From Theionarchaea archaeon (GTDB lineage Archaea > Methanobacteriota_B > Thermococci > Methanofastidiosales > SZ-28-30): a stretch of DNA of 64,000 nucleotides. The notes below the pieces were generated by a model that was not told the DNA's origin, did not search any database, and was given only the letters and a program-made list of their open reading frames with translations. Made by a program: the position numbers and the translations under genes. This document shows positions 1 to 9,483 of the stretch, piece by piece. Each line of letters begins with the position of its first letter. The first letter of the stretch is position 1. The DNA lies in contig JACVGT010000018.1 in NCBI GenBank assembly GCA_018992685.1, positions 286,578 to 350,577 on the forward strand, written 5' to 3'.

Positions 1-727
1 TTTCCAGAAGGTTGGAATGAGAGTCTGGTCCAATCAGTGACACTGTTTCAAACTTGGTGCACGTCTCAGCCTCCTCCAGAATCCCCTGTATATGGTCCAG
101 GGGACGCTCCCTCTTCCTTCCTATGCAATGGGAGACCATGCAGAATGAACACTGTCTCGAACATCCTCGCGACACCTCAAGTAAGAAGCTTCTGTAAAAA
201 GCTTGAGTATATTCGCCCCACTGGATAGGTTGGTGCACAGGGTGATACTCCAGCTGAGAGAATCCTGCCTTCACTCTGTCTTCACATCCGGTAAACACCC
301 CCTCAATATCTGAGAGCTCACCGTCCCTGTACTGATTCAAAAACTCTTCCAGGGACTGCTCAGCATCCCCCACAAATATATAGTCAATCACTCCCTTCAG
401 TGGGAACGGGTTGTACGCAGACCTCCCTCCCAATATCTTCATCTTGTCTGGAAATTTCTGTGCTATCTCATAAACAGTAAAATAGTCCATTTCAAAACTG
501 CAGGAAAAAGCAATAATATCAAAATCAGCCAGAATAGAGTTAGATTCAATACTTTTCGGGAAATCCGTAAAAAATCGCTCACACTGGAATCCTTCCTGTT
601 CATTGATAAAATTGTAGGCGAAGAGGAATCCTAGATTGCTGTTACCTGCTTTGTACACATTAGGATATACGAGAGCTATTCGGTGCTCTCCCTTCTTCCT
701 TATGACACCGTACTCCAGAAAGTGCAT
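1..727 (-). CDS. Radical SAM protein (B12-binding-like N-terminus, TIGR03960/YgiQ-like); runs off the left window edge
   Basis: Manual translation from ATG 727 (or 736): MHFLEYGVIRKKGEHRIALVYPNVYKAGNSNLG...LEVSRGCSRQCSFC with a CxxxCxxC motif. Not in the ORF track because it is truncated. Confidence 0.85.
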   Translation of the reverse strand, partial: MHFLEYGVIRKKGEHRIALVYPNVYKAGNSNLGFLFAYNFINEQEGFQCERFFTDFPKSIESNSILADFDIIAFSCSFEMDYFTVYEIAQKFPDKMKILGGRSAYNPFPLKGVIDYIFVGDAEQSLEEFLNQYRDGELSDIEGVFTGCEDRVKAGFSQLEYHPVHQPIQWGEYTQAFYRSFLLEVSRGCSRQCSFCMVSHCIGRKRERPLDHIQGILEEAETCTKFETVSLIGPDSHSNLLE

Positions 728-764
728 GCTCCACATGTGCCTCTATCCATAAAAACTCCCCTGT

Positions 765-818
765 TGCAATATCGATTACCGAAAAGTTTATATACTATTG
801 ATTAGCAATATTGATTAG
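765..818 (+). promoter_or_regulatory. BRE/TATA promoter flanked by three direct repeats (putative TF sites)
   Basis: GAAAAGTTTATATA at 781-794; repeats GCAATATCGATTA (766-778), CTATTGATTA (795-804) and GCAATATTGATTA (805-817). Confidence 0.55.
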
Positions 819-906
819 ACCTCAGTTGTCTCCTACCTCAGGGGTCTTGCCGGGGCTTCGGCCCCGGTTCACACTCTCCAAGAGCATCACTCTCTTTTTT
901 CTTTTT
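817..906 (+). ncRNA. Candidate structured small RNA
   Basis: Lies downstream of a TATA box with no ORF. Stem AGACCTC/GGGGTCT (817-847) has a C/U-rich loop, hairpin GCCGGGGC-TTCG-GCCCCGGT (849-868) follows, then an oligo-T tract (893-906). Confidence 0.5.
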
Positions 907-973
907 GAAGAAAAGAAGAACTAGATTCTCCTGGATCCGCGTCACTGACCTCTTGAAGAAGGCGCGAATTCTC

Positions 974-1414
974 TCACCTCTTCTTTCTGAAGAAAAGCCA
1001 ATTCTTGTCCGGTCTGAAAGCGATGAGGCAGTACAGCCCTTTCAGCTTTTCACCCATGATGTTAATAACGATTTCCTTTTCTTCCCATTTCTCAGTGATA
1101 TATGTACCGCTATCCCAGATTACCACTGTTCCTGCCCCGTATTCTCCTTCAGTTATCGTTCCTTGAAATGTTGCATATGCTACAGGATGGTCCTCTGTTT
1201 GTACAGCCAATCGTCTGACACCTGATACGAGAGGCGGTTCCTTGGGGATGGCCCAGCTCTTGAGGACACCCTCCTTTTCCAGCCGCAAATCGTAATGGAG
1301 ATGAGAAGCCTCGTGTCTTTGAATGACGTACGTATTCCCTCTCCGTGCAGAGTTCCCTAAAGGTTCAGGCGTTTTCCTGAAATCCCGTTTTCTCTTGTGC
1401 TCTTCTAGACTCAT
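974..1414 (-). CDS. Stand-alone LigD 3'-phosphoesterase (PE) domain protein
   Basis: [41 protein letters not shown] and [12 protein letters not shown] are hallmark LigD PE motifs. Confidence 0.92.
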   Translation of the reverse strand: MSLEEHKRKRDFRKTPEPLGNSARRGNTYVIQRHEASHLHYDLRLEKEGVLKSWAIPKEPPLVSGVRRLAVQTEDHPVAYATFQGTITEGEYGAGTVVIWDSGTYITEKWEEKEIVINIMGEKLKGLYCLIAFRPDKNWLFFRKKR

Positions 1415-1830
1415 GTGATCACAGCGTTCTCACTTCTTGTTCAGGTACACTCTCATGGGCACCCAAGTATTTACACGTTTTGAATGTCATACAACAAATG
1501 AGCTGGGAGGGAGCGTTCCTGAACAGGTTCTTTGAGGGGGGCTGCTGTGTCATTGCAGCGCAGCTTCTGCAGTCGGGACATGAGAGAACCTCGTCCAGTT
1601 TTCAATCATATTGAAAATACTGGAATCCATACAGAAGTTCTACAATCTGACGCTAGAGCAATGAATGATTCCTTACCGAGACTCTCAATGACATTACGTT
1701 GTGCAGAAGTGGAAGAAAACCCTTATAAAGTACTTTCTGCATTAAAAACACGAGGAAAAGGATGAGAGACGGGTGTCTTCAGAATGTGAGACTGGAGACG
1801 CTTCTGCCTCTCCTCAAGGGAGGTGTGAAG

Positions 1831-1929
1831 ATGAGTAAAAGAGAACACAACCCGGGCATGAAGCACTTTCTGATCGAAGTGCTTGTCATTGTTCTGGCGT
1901 TATGGCGTGGGAATACACATTTAGCCTGA
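1831..1929 (+). CDS. Small hydrophobic peptide, 32 aa (MSKREHNPGMKHFLIEVLVIVLALWRGNTHLA)
   Basis: RBS GGGAGGTG just upstream, TATA-like CCTTATAAAG at 1721-1730, oligo-T tract at about 1939-1953. Confidence 0.5.
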   Translation: MSKREHNPGMKHFLIEVLVIVLALWRGNTHLA

Positions 1930-2446
1930 TGGCTAGGTGTTTTCTTTTTTTTTATATTGATGATTCTTCAGAGGTTTCTTGCAGCTCATGAAAAGGCTGC
2001 GCCAGGTTCAGGAGAGAATGCCCCTCTTACACCCTCCCAGCAAGACAAATAAAACCCCGTAACCAATTCTGCAGCTTCATATTGTACAAGAATAAGCAAG
2101 ACTGAGAAAACACAACAAATTCGAAAGAATGTGTATAAAAATCTCATTCTCAAGCCCGTTTTAACATGGTTATAAAATTCGCACATGAAAACATTTATAT
2201 GAGGGAGGAGGTATGCAGCAGTAGAAAGTGCATCGTGTCGCAAGAGGGCATAATCAACAGATCGAATTCCGAGAACATGAAGAAAGATCGTTTTTTCGAT
2301 CCGGATGTAAAAGGAGAGGGTACAAGGAAGGGGATTTTGTCAGGAAAAGCTTAAGGATGGTAGGGAGGTGACGTTCCACTTCCCTATCAACAAGCTGCTG
2401 CAGGAACTTCCACTCTCACTAGCCCCGTGCGTGCCTGGATCAACAG

Positions 2447-3241
2447 TTATTCAGCCTTAATCTCAACCCTGATTTCTTCCCGGTCGAGGACAATTTCATA
2501 TCCATCTGTCCTCCAAACGAGCTTTATCACCAGTACAAAAGTGACCTCGTTGGCCCCCTGGGGAAGCGCAGCATCCAGAGTGAATCCCTTTGCCAGCAGG
2601 TCATTCAACCACAGTACGTCAGTTATTGCATATTCAAAACAGTTCCCCACTGGTTCGATATCCACCCTGTAAACTTCAACATGTTCATAATCTGTGCAGA
2701 ATAGAATGTAGAGATTTTCCATCTTTCTGCTTTCTTCATTTTTTATGTATACACTGATAGGGACTTTTTCATGCTCCTTTGCAGAAATCTTGCCTGGGAG
2801 CAGCCCCGCCTCTATTTTGTCAATGTTCACCACAGGCTTTCGCAGGACAAATTGAAATGAGGTCTTGGCTGTCTTCTGATTCTCATCTGCATCGAAGTAC
2901 TTCACCTTTATCACCGCCTCTACCTCATCATAGGTTCGCGTTTCTTTGAGGATATCGACAGCCTCAAGAGTCGCCTTAATCTCCTTAGCCATGCCCTTCT
3001 TTATTTCGGACAGTTCTTGCTGCTCAAAGGTGAGCATGGCAGGTATGTTGCTCTCCAGTTTCACCTGGAAAGCCGTGGCACTTCCTTCATTGGTTACAGT
3101 TATTGAGAGCTCATAAACATCTGAGACAATGAGCTCTTCAGGGGGACTTTCCACACTGACAGCGATTTCGGGGGAATCTCCCTGGAACACACACCCTGAC
3201 AAGAGGACTGCAATGATGAGTGTAACACCTAGCCATTTCAT
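2447..3241 (-). CDS. Hypothetical lipoprotein with Ig/CARDB-like beta domains
   Basis: Signal peptide with lipobox LLSGC; ITVTNEG beta-sandwich pattern. Confidence 0.7.
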   Translation of the reverse strand: MKWLGVTLIIAVLLSGCVFQGDSPEIAVSVESPPEELIVSDVYELSITVTNEGSATAFQVKLESNIPAMLTFEQQELSEIKKGMAKEIKATLEAVDILKETRTYDEVEAVIKVKYFDADENQKTAKTSFQFVLRKPVVNIDKIEAGLLPGKISAKEHEKVPISVYIKNEESRKMENLYILFCTDYEHVEVYRVDIEPVGNCFEYAITDVLWLNDLLAKGFTLDAALPQGANEVTFVLVIKLVWRTDGYEIVLDREEIRVEIKAE

Positions 3242-3359
3242 GTCCCGTAGTATGCTGGAACGTATAAAAAGCTTTCACCCGTCAGTCCACCCACCGGAGG
3301 TAGCATCTGCTCTCAGAGTCCATGACAAATGATTTAAAGCATGACCCATCCACCATACT

Positions 3360-4040
3360 GTGACAGAAACAGTCCTGGGCGTCGTGGCCCATCCAGATGA
3401 TGAAATCGGAATGGTAGGCACGTTGAAAAATCATGCAGACCGTGGAGACACTGTGGTCCTGGCCTGGATGACAGCAGGAGAGAACACCACCATGCTAAAA
3501 GGGACACCTGAAGAAAAGGCTGCAATTCGAAAAGACCAGGCAGCACGTGTCTCTTCTATTCTGGGAGTACGAACACGCTTTCTGGGATTCCCAGACTCGC
3601 AGGTTCCCCATACGGTGGAGGCTTCCAAGCAAGTCGCAGAGTTTATCAGGGAGATTAGGCCCTCTATCGTCATAACCTGGAACGATTTCTGGCAGTCAGG
3701 AGCTGGACATCCGGATCACCGGAATACCTGTTGTGTGGTGAGAGATGCAATTACCTATGCACGATTCCCCGGCCAGCAGGACGCGTACAGGGATTTTATC
3801 AGCCTGTACCTGTACTACAGTCCACGGTGTCCTCTTCCAGAAGTTTATGTAGATGTCACCCGCCAGGAAGGAATCTTTGAACAGGTAGTGGATGTATACT
3901 CCAACGTATATGGGGGGTGGCCAGTCACAGAATGGAAATACCTCAACCTAAAATTCTTTGGCATTCAGGCAGGATGCATGCTGGCTGAAGTATTCAATGT
4001 AGTGCAGAACAGGAAGTCTGCTTCAGAATACCTTGAGTAA
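3360..4040 (+). CDS. PIG-L family deacetylase
   Basis: AHPDDE and GHPDH motifs; GTG start about 25 nt after the TTTAAA box. Confidence 0.9.
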   Translation: MTETVLGVVAHPDDEIGMVGTLKNHADRGDTVVLAWMTAGENTTMLKGTPEEKAAIRKDQAARVSSILGVRTRFLGFPDSQVPHTVEASKQVAEFIREIRPSIVITWNDFWQSGAGHPDHRNTCCVVRDAITYARFPGQQDAYRDFISLYLYYSPRCPLPEVYVDVTRQEGIFEQVVDVYSNVYGGWPVTEWKYLNLKFFGIQAGCMLAEVFNVVQNRKSASEYLE

Positions 4041-4110
4041 TCAACAGATCACATCCCGGAGTCTCTCTGGTTCATGAATAACCTTTAAAATGTCCAGTGG
4101 AAACCCTACT

Positions 4111-5340
4111 ATGGAGACAGTCCGTCGTGTGGGAAAGGATGAGACTCTGCAAGTTGCAGGCCCAGCGCGAGTCACCGTAAGAACAGGCAGGATTCGCATC
4201 AATGGGGCCGAAAGAAGTAAGTACATCGTGAGAGAGGGCCGTTCCTGTGTCGTGGAAGGCGTTCTGGAATCAGAAGTTAGTATTGTACTGGGTTCGGGGG
4301 CACGGGTGGAAAGATGTAGTCCCACGGCAGCTCCTCGCATCTGGCTCAAACATGCTCATGAGATACTCCAAAGAAAAGGAGTAGTCATGATTATAGGAGC
4401 TCCTGACACCGGCAAAACTACATTTGCCTCTTTTCTGGCCAATCAAGCACTGGAAAAGGGGATATCAGTCGCTGTCATTGATTCTGATATTGGCCAGTCT
4501 GACATTGGTCCTCCCTCAACGATTGGGCTGGCCTTTGTAAGAGCCAGCATTACTCACCTTTCAGATGTTCCCGCTGATGAATTCTACTTCGTGGGTACCA
4601 CATCAGTGAAGAACGTCTGTGACATGGTTGTGGGGCTACAAAGAATGGTGGAAAAGGCCAGGAGGGAGGCTGATGTGGTGGTCATCGATACCTGTGGATA
4701 TGTTTCTGGTGACACGGGAAGACGGCTCAAGGACCTGAAGCTTCAGGCCATCTGTCCAGACTTTGTAGTTGCACTGCAGCGAAACAGAGAGTTGCACCCA
4801 ATCCTGAGGAGCTGGAGAGGGAGTGTGATAGAGGCAGAAATCCCCAGAGAAGTACGAAGAGTTCCCAGACACATTCGAAAGGAGATAAGAGAATCCAAAT
4901 GGAAAACAGCATTTGAAGGCGCCCAGGAACGCAACATTGACCTGGAAGAAAAGATGTTGCACAACACGTATTTGCTGTCAGGGACCCCCACCGACACCAG
5001 GATATTCCAGAAACTGCTGCAGTGTCAGGTCATTCATGCAGAAGAGATTCCTGAGGGGTTCTTGATCGTCAAGGAGGATATGTTCCATGAGTATCAATCA
5101 CCTTCCGTGTCGGTGACAGCTGACACGCTGCGTGTCCTGGACGCTGGATGGGAAGAAAACCTGGTAGTGGGGCTGATGGATAGAGGGAGATTTGTAGATT
5201 TAGGCATTATGAAAAAGATCAACTACAAGACCATGATGGCAGTCATTTCCTGCAGGGAACACTCATTCGATGCTATTAAATTCGGCAGAATAAAGGTGGA
5301 TGAATCGGGACGTGAAATAGGGTTTATACCCTGGTGTTAG
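4111..5340 (+). CDS. Clp1/Grc3-type polynucleotide 5'-hydroxyl kinase
   Basis: Walker A GAPDTGKTT, DSDIGQSDIGPP, IDTCGYV and R...R..RE lid. Start placed at ATG 4111 after the TTTAAA box (ORF open from 4090). Confidence 0.9.
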   Translation: METVRRVGKDETLQVAGPARVTVRTGRIRINGAERSKYIVREGRSCVVEGVLESEVSIVLGSGARVERCSPTAAPRIWLKHAHEILQRKGVVMIIGAPDTGKTTFASFLANQALEKGISVAVIDSDIGQSDIGPPSTIGLAFVRASITHLSDVPADEFYFVGTTSVKNVCDMVVGLQRMVEKARREADVVVIDTCGYVSGDTGRRLKDLKLQAICPDFVVALQRNRELHPILRSWRGSVIEAEIPREVRRVPRHIRKEIRESKWKTAFEGAQERNIDLEEKMLHNTYLLSGTPTDTRIFQKLLQCQVIHAEEIPEGFLIVKEDMFHEYQSPSVSVTADTLRVLDAGWEENLVVGLMDRGRFVDLGIMKKINYKTMMAVISCREHSFDAIKFGRIKVDESGREIGFIPWC

Positions 5341-5347
5341 AGAGTCT

Positions 5348-6406
5348 TTATGCAGAATTGGAGACCTGCTGCATCCTGCTGCTGACCTCATCCAGTTCAG
5401 CTACGTCTGTCCTGGTAAGACTCCATCCCAGAGCTCCTGCGTTTTCTAGAGCCTGCTTTTCGTTCTTTACGCCTACAATGGGGACTGCTCCCTTGCATAT
5501 GACCCAGTTCAAAGCCACTTGTGCAGGCGTCTTGTGATGTGCTGCGGCAATGTCCCTCAGCACGTCCACGAGATGTTGAATCTGAATGATCTCGTGAGGT
5601 CCATACTGGCATGCCTTTGCTGCAGAACACGATGGCATGGCCAGAGAATATGCGTAAAGGGCCAGGCGCTCTCTCAGACTGAACTTGTGCACAGGAGGGT
5701 TTTCTGCAGTATATTTGCCTGTCAAGACTCCCATTGCCAAAGGACTGTAAGCGATGAGAGTGATACCCTGCCGGCGGGCCACGTTGAGCAACTCCGTGTA
5801 CTCTGGCTCACGACTGAGGAGGCTGAATTCCACCTGGTTCGAAGAAAGACTCATTCCTCGTTCTGAGAACAAATCTGCAGCCTGGAGCATCTGATGCTGG
5901 CCACAGTTAGAAATGCCCACGGCTCTGGCTTTTCCCATCTCCAGAGCCTCAATCAGTGAATCCATCCAGGCCTCAAAAGAAACTGGAGGAAAGTGTTTAT
6001 GAAACTGATAGAGATCAACCCTCTCCATATCTAATCGATTCAGACTATTCTCCAGGGCCGCAAGCAGGCTGGACCTTCGCAATCGCCAGGGAGATGGCAA
6101 GAACTTTGTACCAATCACTAGTGGCTCAGGACATGTGTGTGCGAACTGTCCCAGCAGCCGTTCTGCCTGTCCCCATCCATAGGCTTCTGCTGTATCAAAG
6201 AAGGTAATACCCTTTTCCACACACACCCTGAATGCAGTCTCCAGGTCCTGTCTGGTATAGCTCTGGCCGTATCCCCAGATCATGTGGTCACCCCAGGACC
6301 AGGTTCCAATGCCCAGTGGAGACATTACAATGTCAGTCCTACCGAGCTGGACACAAGGAACGTCTGGTTTCCCAGGTTGACTCCTTTCGGCTGGTGTCGT
6401 CCTCAT
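5348..6406 (-). CDS. Aldo/keto reductase
   Basis: LGIGTWSWG, FDTAEAYG, IGISN and AYSPLAMGVLTGK motifs. Confidence 0.93.
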   Translation of the reverse strand: MRTTPAERSQPGKPDVPCVQLGRTDIVMSPLGIGTWSWGDHMIWGYGQSYTRQDLETAFRVCVEKGITFFDTAEAYGWGQAERLLGQFAHTCPEPLVIGTKFLPSPWRLRRSSLLAALENSLNRLDMERVDLYQFHKHFPPVSFEAWMDSLIEALEMGKARAVGISNCGQHQMLQAADLFSERGMSLSSNQVEFSLLSREPEYTELLNVARRQGITLIAYSPLAMGVLTGKYTAENPPVHKFSLRERLALYAYSLAMPSCSAAKACQYGPHEIIQIQHLVDVLRDIAAAHHKTPAQVALNWVICKGAVPIVGVKNEKQALENAGALGWSLTRTDVAELDEVSSRMQQVSNSA

Positions 6407-6437
6407 TTCTTGTCCCTCCTTCTAACAGGATCTCTTC

Positions 6438-7076
6438 CTAGGTTCTTTCAACAGGGACTTTGGGAACTCTGAACACGTCGAACTTGTCTCCCATGGCCCG
6501 ACACTCGATTTCCTGTATATCAAAGGTGTGTCCAGTAATCCACTCCATAAGGTACTGAAGTCTTCCCACACACGTTGCACACATGGGTGTATCAGACGTA
6601 ATCCCTTTGCTCTCAAAATTGTCCTTATCGATGAGCAGGAAGCAGGTTTCCTCTTCTCTGACCTCCATACGGGGGCTGTACTCTGGAGAAGGCTGCCTTC
6701 GATCATATTCCTCTGCGAATTTTCCCAGGGCAAGACTGATACGCTTCTTCCCAGGGACAAAGCGAGTGGAAAGTTTGAGTGCTTTCGAAATGGTGGGGCG
6801 TTTTGTGACACCGATACGAATGAATTCTTTCCCGATACGCAGCTGAAGGCTGCGGGCACCTTTTCGACCAAAGAGTTCAAGAAGAGCAAGATATAATCCG
6901 TGAAGATCCTCAAGAGGAATCTCAAGGTTGTCATTGTCCGGTGGAGGAGATGTAATATACTGTTCCAGGTGGGCAAAGTTCAATAATGATTTTACCCCAT
7001 TGACTCCAATAACACTCTCCAGCGTTTCCAGCCACAGCTTTAGAGTTATGTTATCAGTTTTTGCTTCTTCGGGCAC
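6438..7076 (-). CDS. V4R (4-vinyl reductase) domain protein
   Basis: C-terminal PMCATCVG...EIECRAMGDKFDVF V4R signature. Confidence 0.8.
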   Translation of the reverse strand: MPEEAKTDNITLKLWLETLESVIGVNGVKSLLNFAHLEQYITSPPPDNDNLEIPLEDLHGLYLALLELFGRKGARSLQLRIGKEFIRIGVTKRPTISKALKLSTRFVPGKKRISLALGKFAEEYDRRQPSPEYSPRMEVREEETCFLLIDKDNFESKGITSDTPMCATCVGRLQYLMEWITGHTFDIQEIECRAMGDKFDVFRVPKVPVERT

Positions 7077-7495
7077 AGATTTTCACCTCGTTAATGCTTC
7101 TGGCTCATGACCCTGTTGAAGAGATGAGCTCCTATTCCGTCTGACCGCTCGTCCCATGTCCTTCCTCCTCCCAAGATGACCAAGCGATCGACCTGTGCTA
7201 TTGTTACGCAATAACATAAAAGGTTATCTATCAAACGACAGGTTGATGCTAAGATTTCGTCCTCTTGCCGTAGATATCTGAGCTACACGAAAGAAAATCC
7301 AGTTTCTCCGGAAACTCATGGAACTACGACGATTTCTGATCTGTTCACTTCATTGCCTGAAATATTGCCCGGAATTCAACAGGGAGATGGCCCTAGTTCA
7401 TCAGTGTTCCCCCTCAGGGATACGATGTCACCTGAGCTTCACGTTCAGAGCAGTCTTATGACATTACGTGCATCTCATGAAGATCAAGAACTGGA

Positions 7496-8638
7496 CTACT
7501 GGCTTGCAGCAGTCAAGATCTCCAGGCACCCTTGAATATCAACTTTTCGAGGATTTGAATCATTAGAATTGTTTTGAACAGATCTCCGGGCAATCTCTGG
7601 AAAATCATCCTCGGGAATATGCAGACTGGAAAAGGGAGGAATACACAATTCCTGTGACAGGGATTGTATCTTCTGGACAAGAGCTCTTGCAGCACGTGTG
7701 TCATTGGGATCTGTGACTCCTAATGCTCGAGCAATAGATGCATATCTTTCTTCTGAGACAGAAAGGTTGTATCCCATTACCACAGGGAGGAACATGGAAT
7801 TCGCCACACCATGAGGTACATCATACAGCCCGCCAATTGTTTCAGCTATGCAGTGTACTGCTCCCACGTCACTGTTCCCGAAGGCCATCCCTGCCAGCGT
7901 ACTTCCCATCATCATGGATTCTCGTCCTTCTCTCTGAGATTGGTTCCTGTAGACAGCAAGAAGAGAACCAGAGATGAGAGTTATGGCTTCCAAGGCCAAC
8001 GCATCTGTGATTACCGTCCGCGGAATCACTGTGTACGCTTCCACCGCATGGGTTAGGGCATCCATTCCAGTGGAGGCAATGAGTGGCTGAGGGAGAGAAC
8101 ACAGCACGTCAGGATCAACAAGGGCTATCCCGGGATACATGTCAGGACCCTTTATGCTCATTTTGAACCGTCTCCTGACGTCAGTGATAACAGATACCCA
8201 TGTCACTTCGCTTCCTGTGCCGCAGGTTGTGGGAATGGCTATCATGGGGAGAGGAGGATTCTTGTATTTCTGTCTGCCTTCATAGTCTTCAATTGAACCA
8301 GGGTTGGTACCAAGCAGAGCAACAGCTTTGGCTGCATCCAGGGAACTTCCTCCGCCCATTCCAATGACAAGGTCAGGGTGGAGCGAGCGGACTACTTCAC
8401 CTCCTGCGTTGATGGTGGTGGATTTGGGATTCGGTTCTACAGAGTCGAATGTATCCACATGAAAGGAATTCTCGAGTTGGGAAAAGACGGGTTCTGCAAT
8501 GCCAGAGGAGATTATTCCTTTGTCTGTCACAATCAGAAGAGTAGAAGCACTCATATCTTTGATAATGGCGTTCAGTTGAGAAAGAACTCCACATCCGAAC
8601 ACAATCTTTGTTGGCATATGGAACTGCATGCGCGTCAC
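7496..8638 (-). CDS. Iron-containing alcohol dehydrogenase
   Basis: GGGSSLDAAK, PTTCGTGSE, DALTHAVE and His ligands (AVH, PHG). Confidence 0.95.
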   Translation of the reverse strand: MTRMQFHMPTKIVFGCGVLSQLNAIIKDMSASTLLIVTDKGIISSGIAEPVFSQLENSFHVDTFDSVEPNPKSTTINAGGEVVRSLHPDLVIGMGGGSSLDAAKAVALLGTNPGSIEDYEGRQKYKNPPLPMIAIPTTCGTGSEVTWVSVITDVRRRFKMSIKGPDMYPGIALVDPDVLCSLPQPLIASTGMDALTHAVEAYTVIPRTVITDALALEAITLISGSLLAVYRNQSQREGRESMMMGSTLAGMAFGNSDVGAVHCIAETIGGLYDVPHGVANSMFLPVVMGYNLSVSEERYASIARALGVTDPNDTRAARALVQKIQSLSQELCIPPFSSLHIPEDDFPEIARRSVQNNSNDSNPRKVDIQGCLEILTAASQ

Positions 8639-8803
8639 CTCATCTAGTAACCCTGGGATACTAAAGAAAGTTTCTCTCCACTACAGGAATGAACGAGAAA
8701 GGGGTGCCCGGTTGGATAGTGTAGGGAGTCATAGAAGTGAATAAGGAAAAAAAAGGATCAGCAGGTTGAGTGCTGGTGGTTTCCCAAGAACACCAGAATC
8801 CTG

Positions 8804-9205
8804 CTAGGTTCCCTTTTTCAGAAATTTCGACCTTTTGAGATACAGGAAGCCAATCGATATGACAGGCACAACGAAGCCGATGGCTGCTGTTTTCTGTATT
8901 GTGTAACCCCAGATATCAAAGACGATCGTTACAGCACCGATCAAGAGGATCGCCCAGAATCCCCACTTTTTTCCCCGCCACAGTCCATATGCTGCAAAAA
9001 GCCCTGAAATTCCCAAAAAGAAGAACATCGCATGGAGCACAAGAGCTGTCGCCGCAGAAACAGGTACATCCAGAAATTGGTCAATTCCTCCTGAGAGACC
9101 GGCACCTGCAAATAGGAGCCTGCCGCAAGCCTGCAGAAAATTGAGAAGAGAGACCAAGAGACGGCTTTTCCCTGTGTTTTCAACGTTTTTCACATTTGTT
9201 TTCAT
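8804..9205 (-). CDS. Small 4-TM membrane protein
   Basis: Four hydrophobic segments, AAYGLW..KKWG; RBS GGTGA upstream. Confidence 0.75.
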   Translation of the reverse strand: MKTNVKNVENTGKSRLLVSLLNFLQACGRLLFAGAGLSGGIDQFLDVPVSAATALVLHAMFFFLGISGLFAAYGLWRGKKWGFWAILLIGAVTIVFDIWGYTIQKTAAIGFVVPVISIGFLYLKRSKFLKKGT

Positions 9206-9483
9206 TCACGTCACCCTGTGTGTCTTTCAACAGTAGGTGTAAGGGAATCCATCTTTAAAAGGATTCGTGGAACGGGGGTCGGCGACGATTTCTTGTACAG
9301 GAGAACCCTCCTTCATGATATCACGACTTTGGGCAGCCCGAGATAAGAAAGAAAAGGGAAAATAGTGAAAGAGAACAAGGCGGCTCTAGTCGATCTAGTG
9401 GCTGCTTCTGCCTCGGACTGGAACCCTGCAGCGGTCTGAACGTAGCTGAACCCCACAGCGTAAGATCAGCTCTGGAGGGACTG

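Noticed and set aside
1688-1699. ATGACATTACGT shared with about 7458-7469
   Set aside because: Only a 12-bp match with unrelated flanks; compatible with chance.
9380-9480. tRNA, SRP RNA or SECIS assignment
   Set aside because: No cloverleaf, only loose resemblance to the SRP GGAAG-AGCAG loop, and no evident in-frame Sec codon in the upstream gene. Kept only as an unassigned structured segment.
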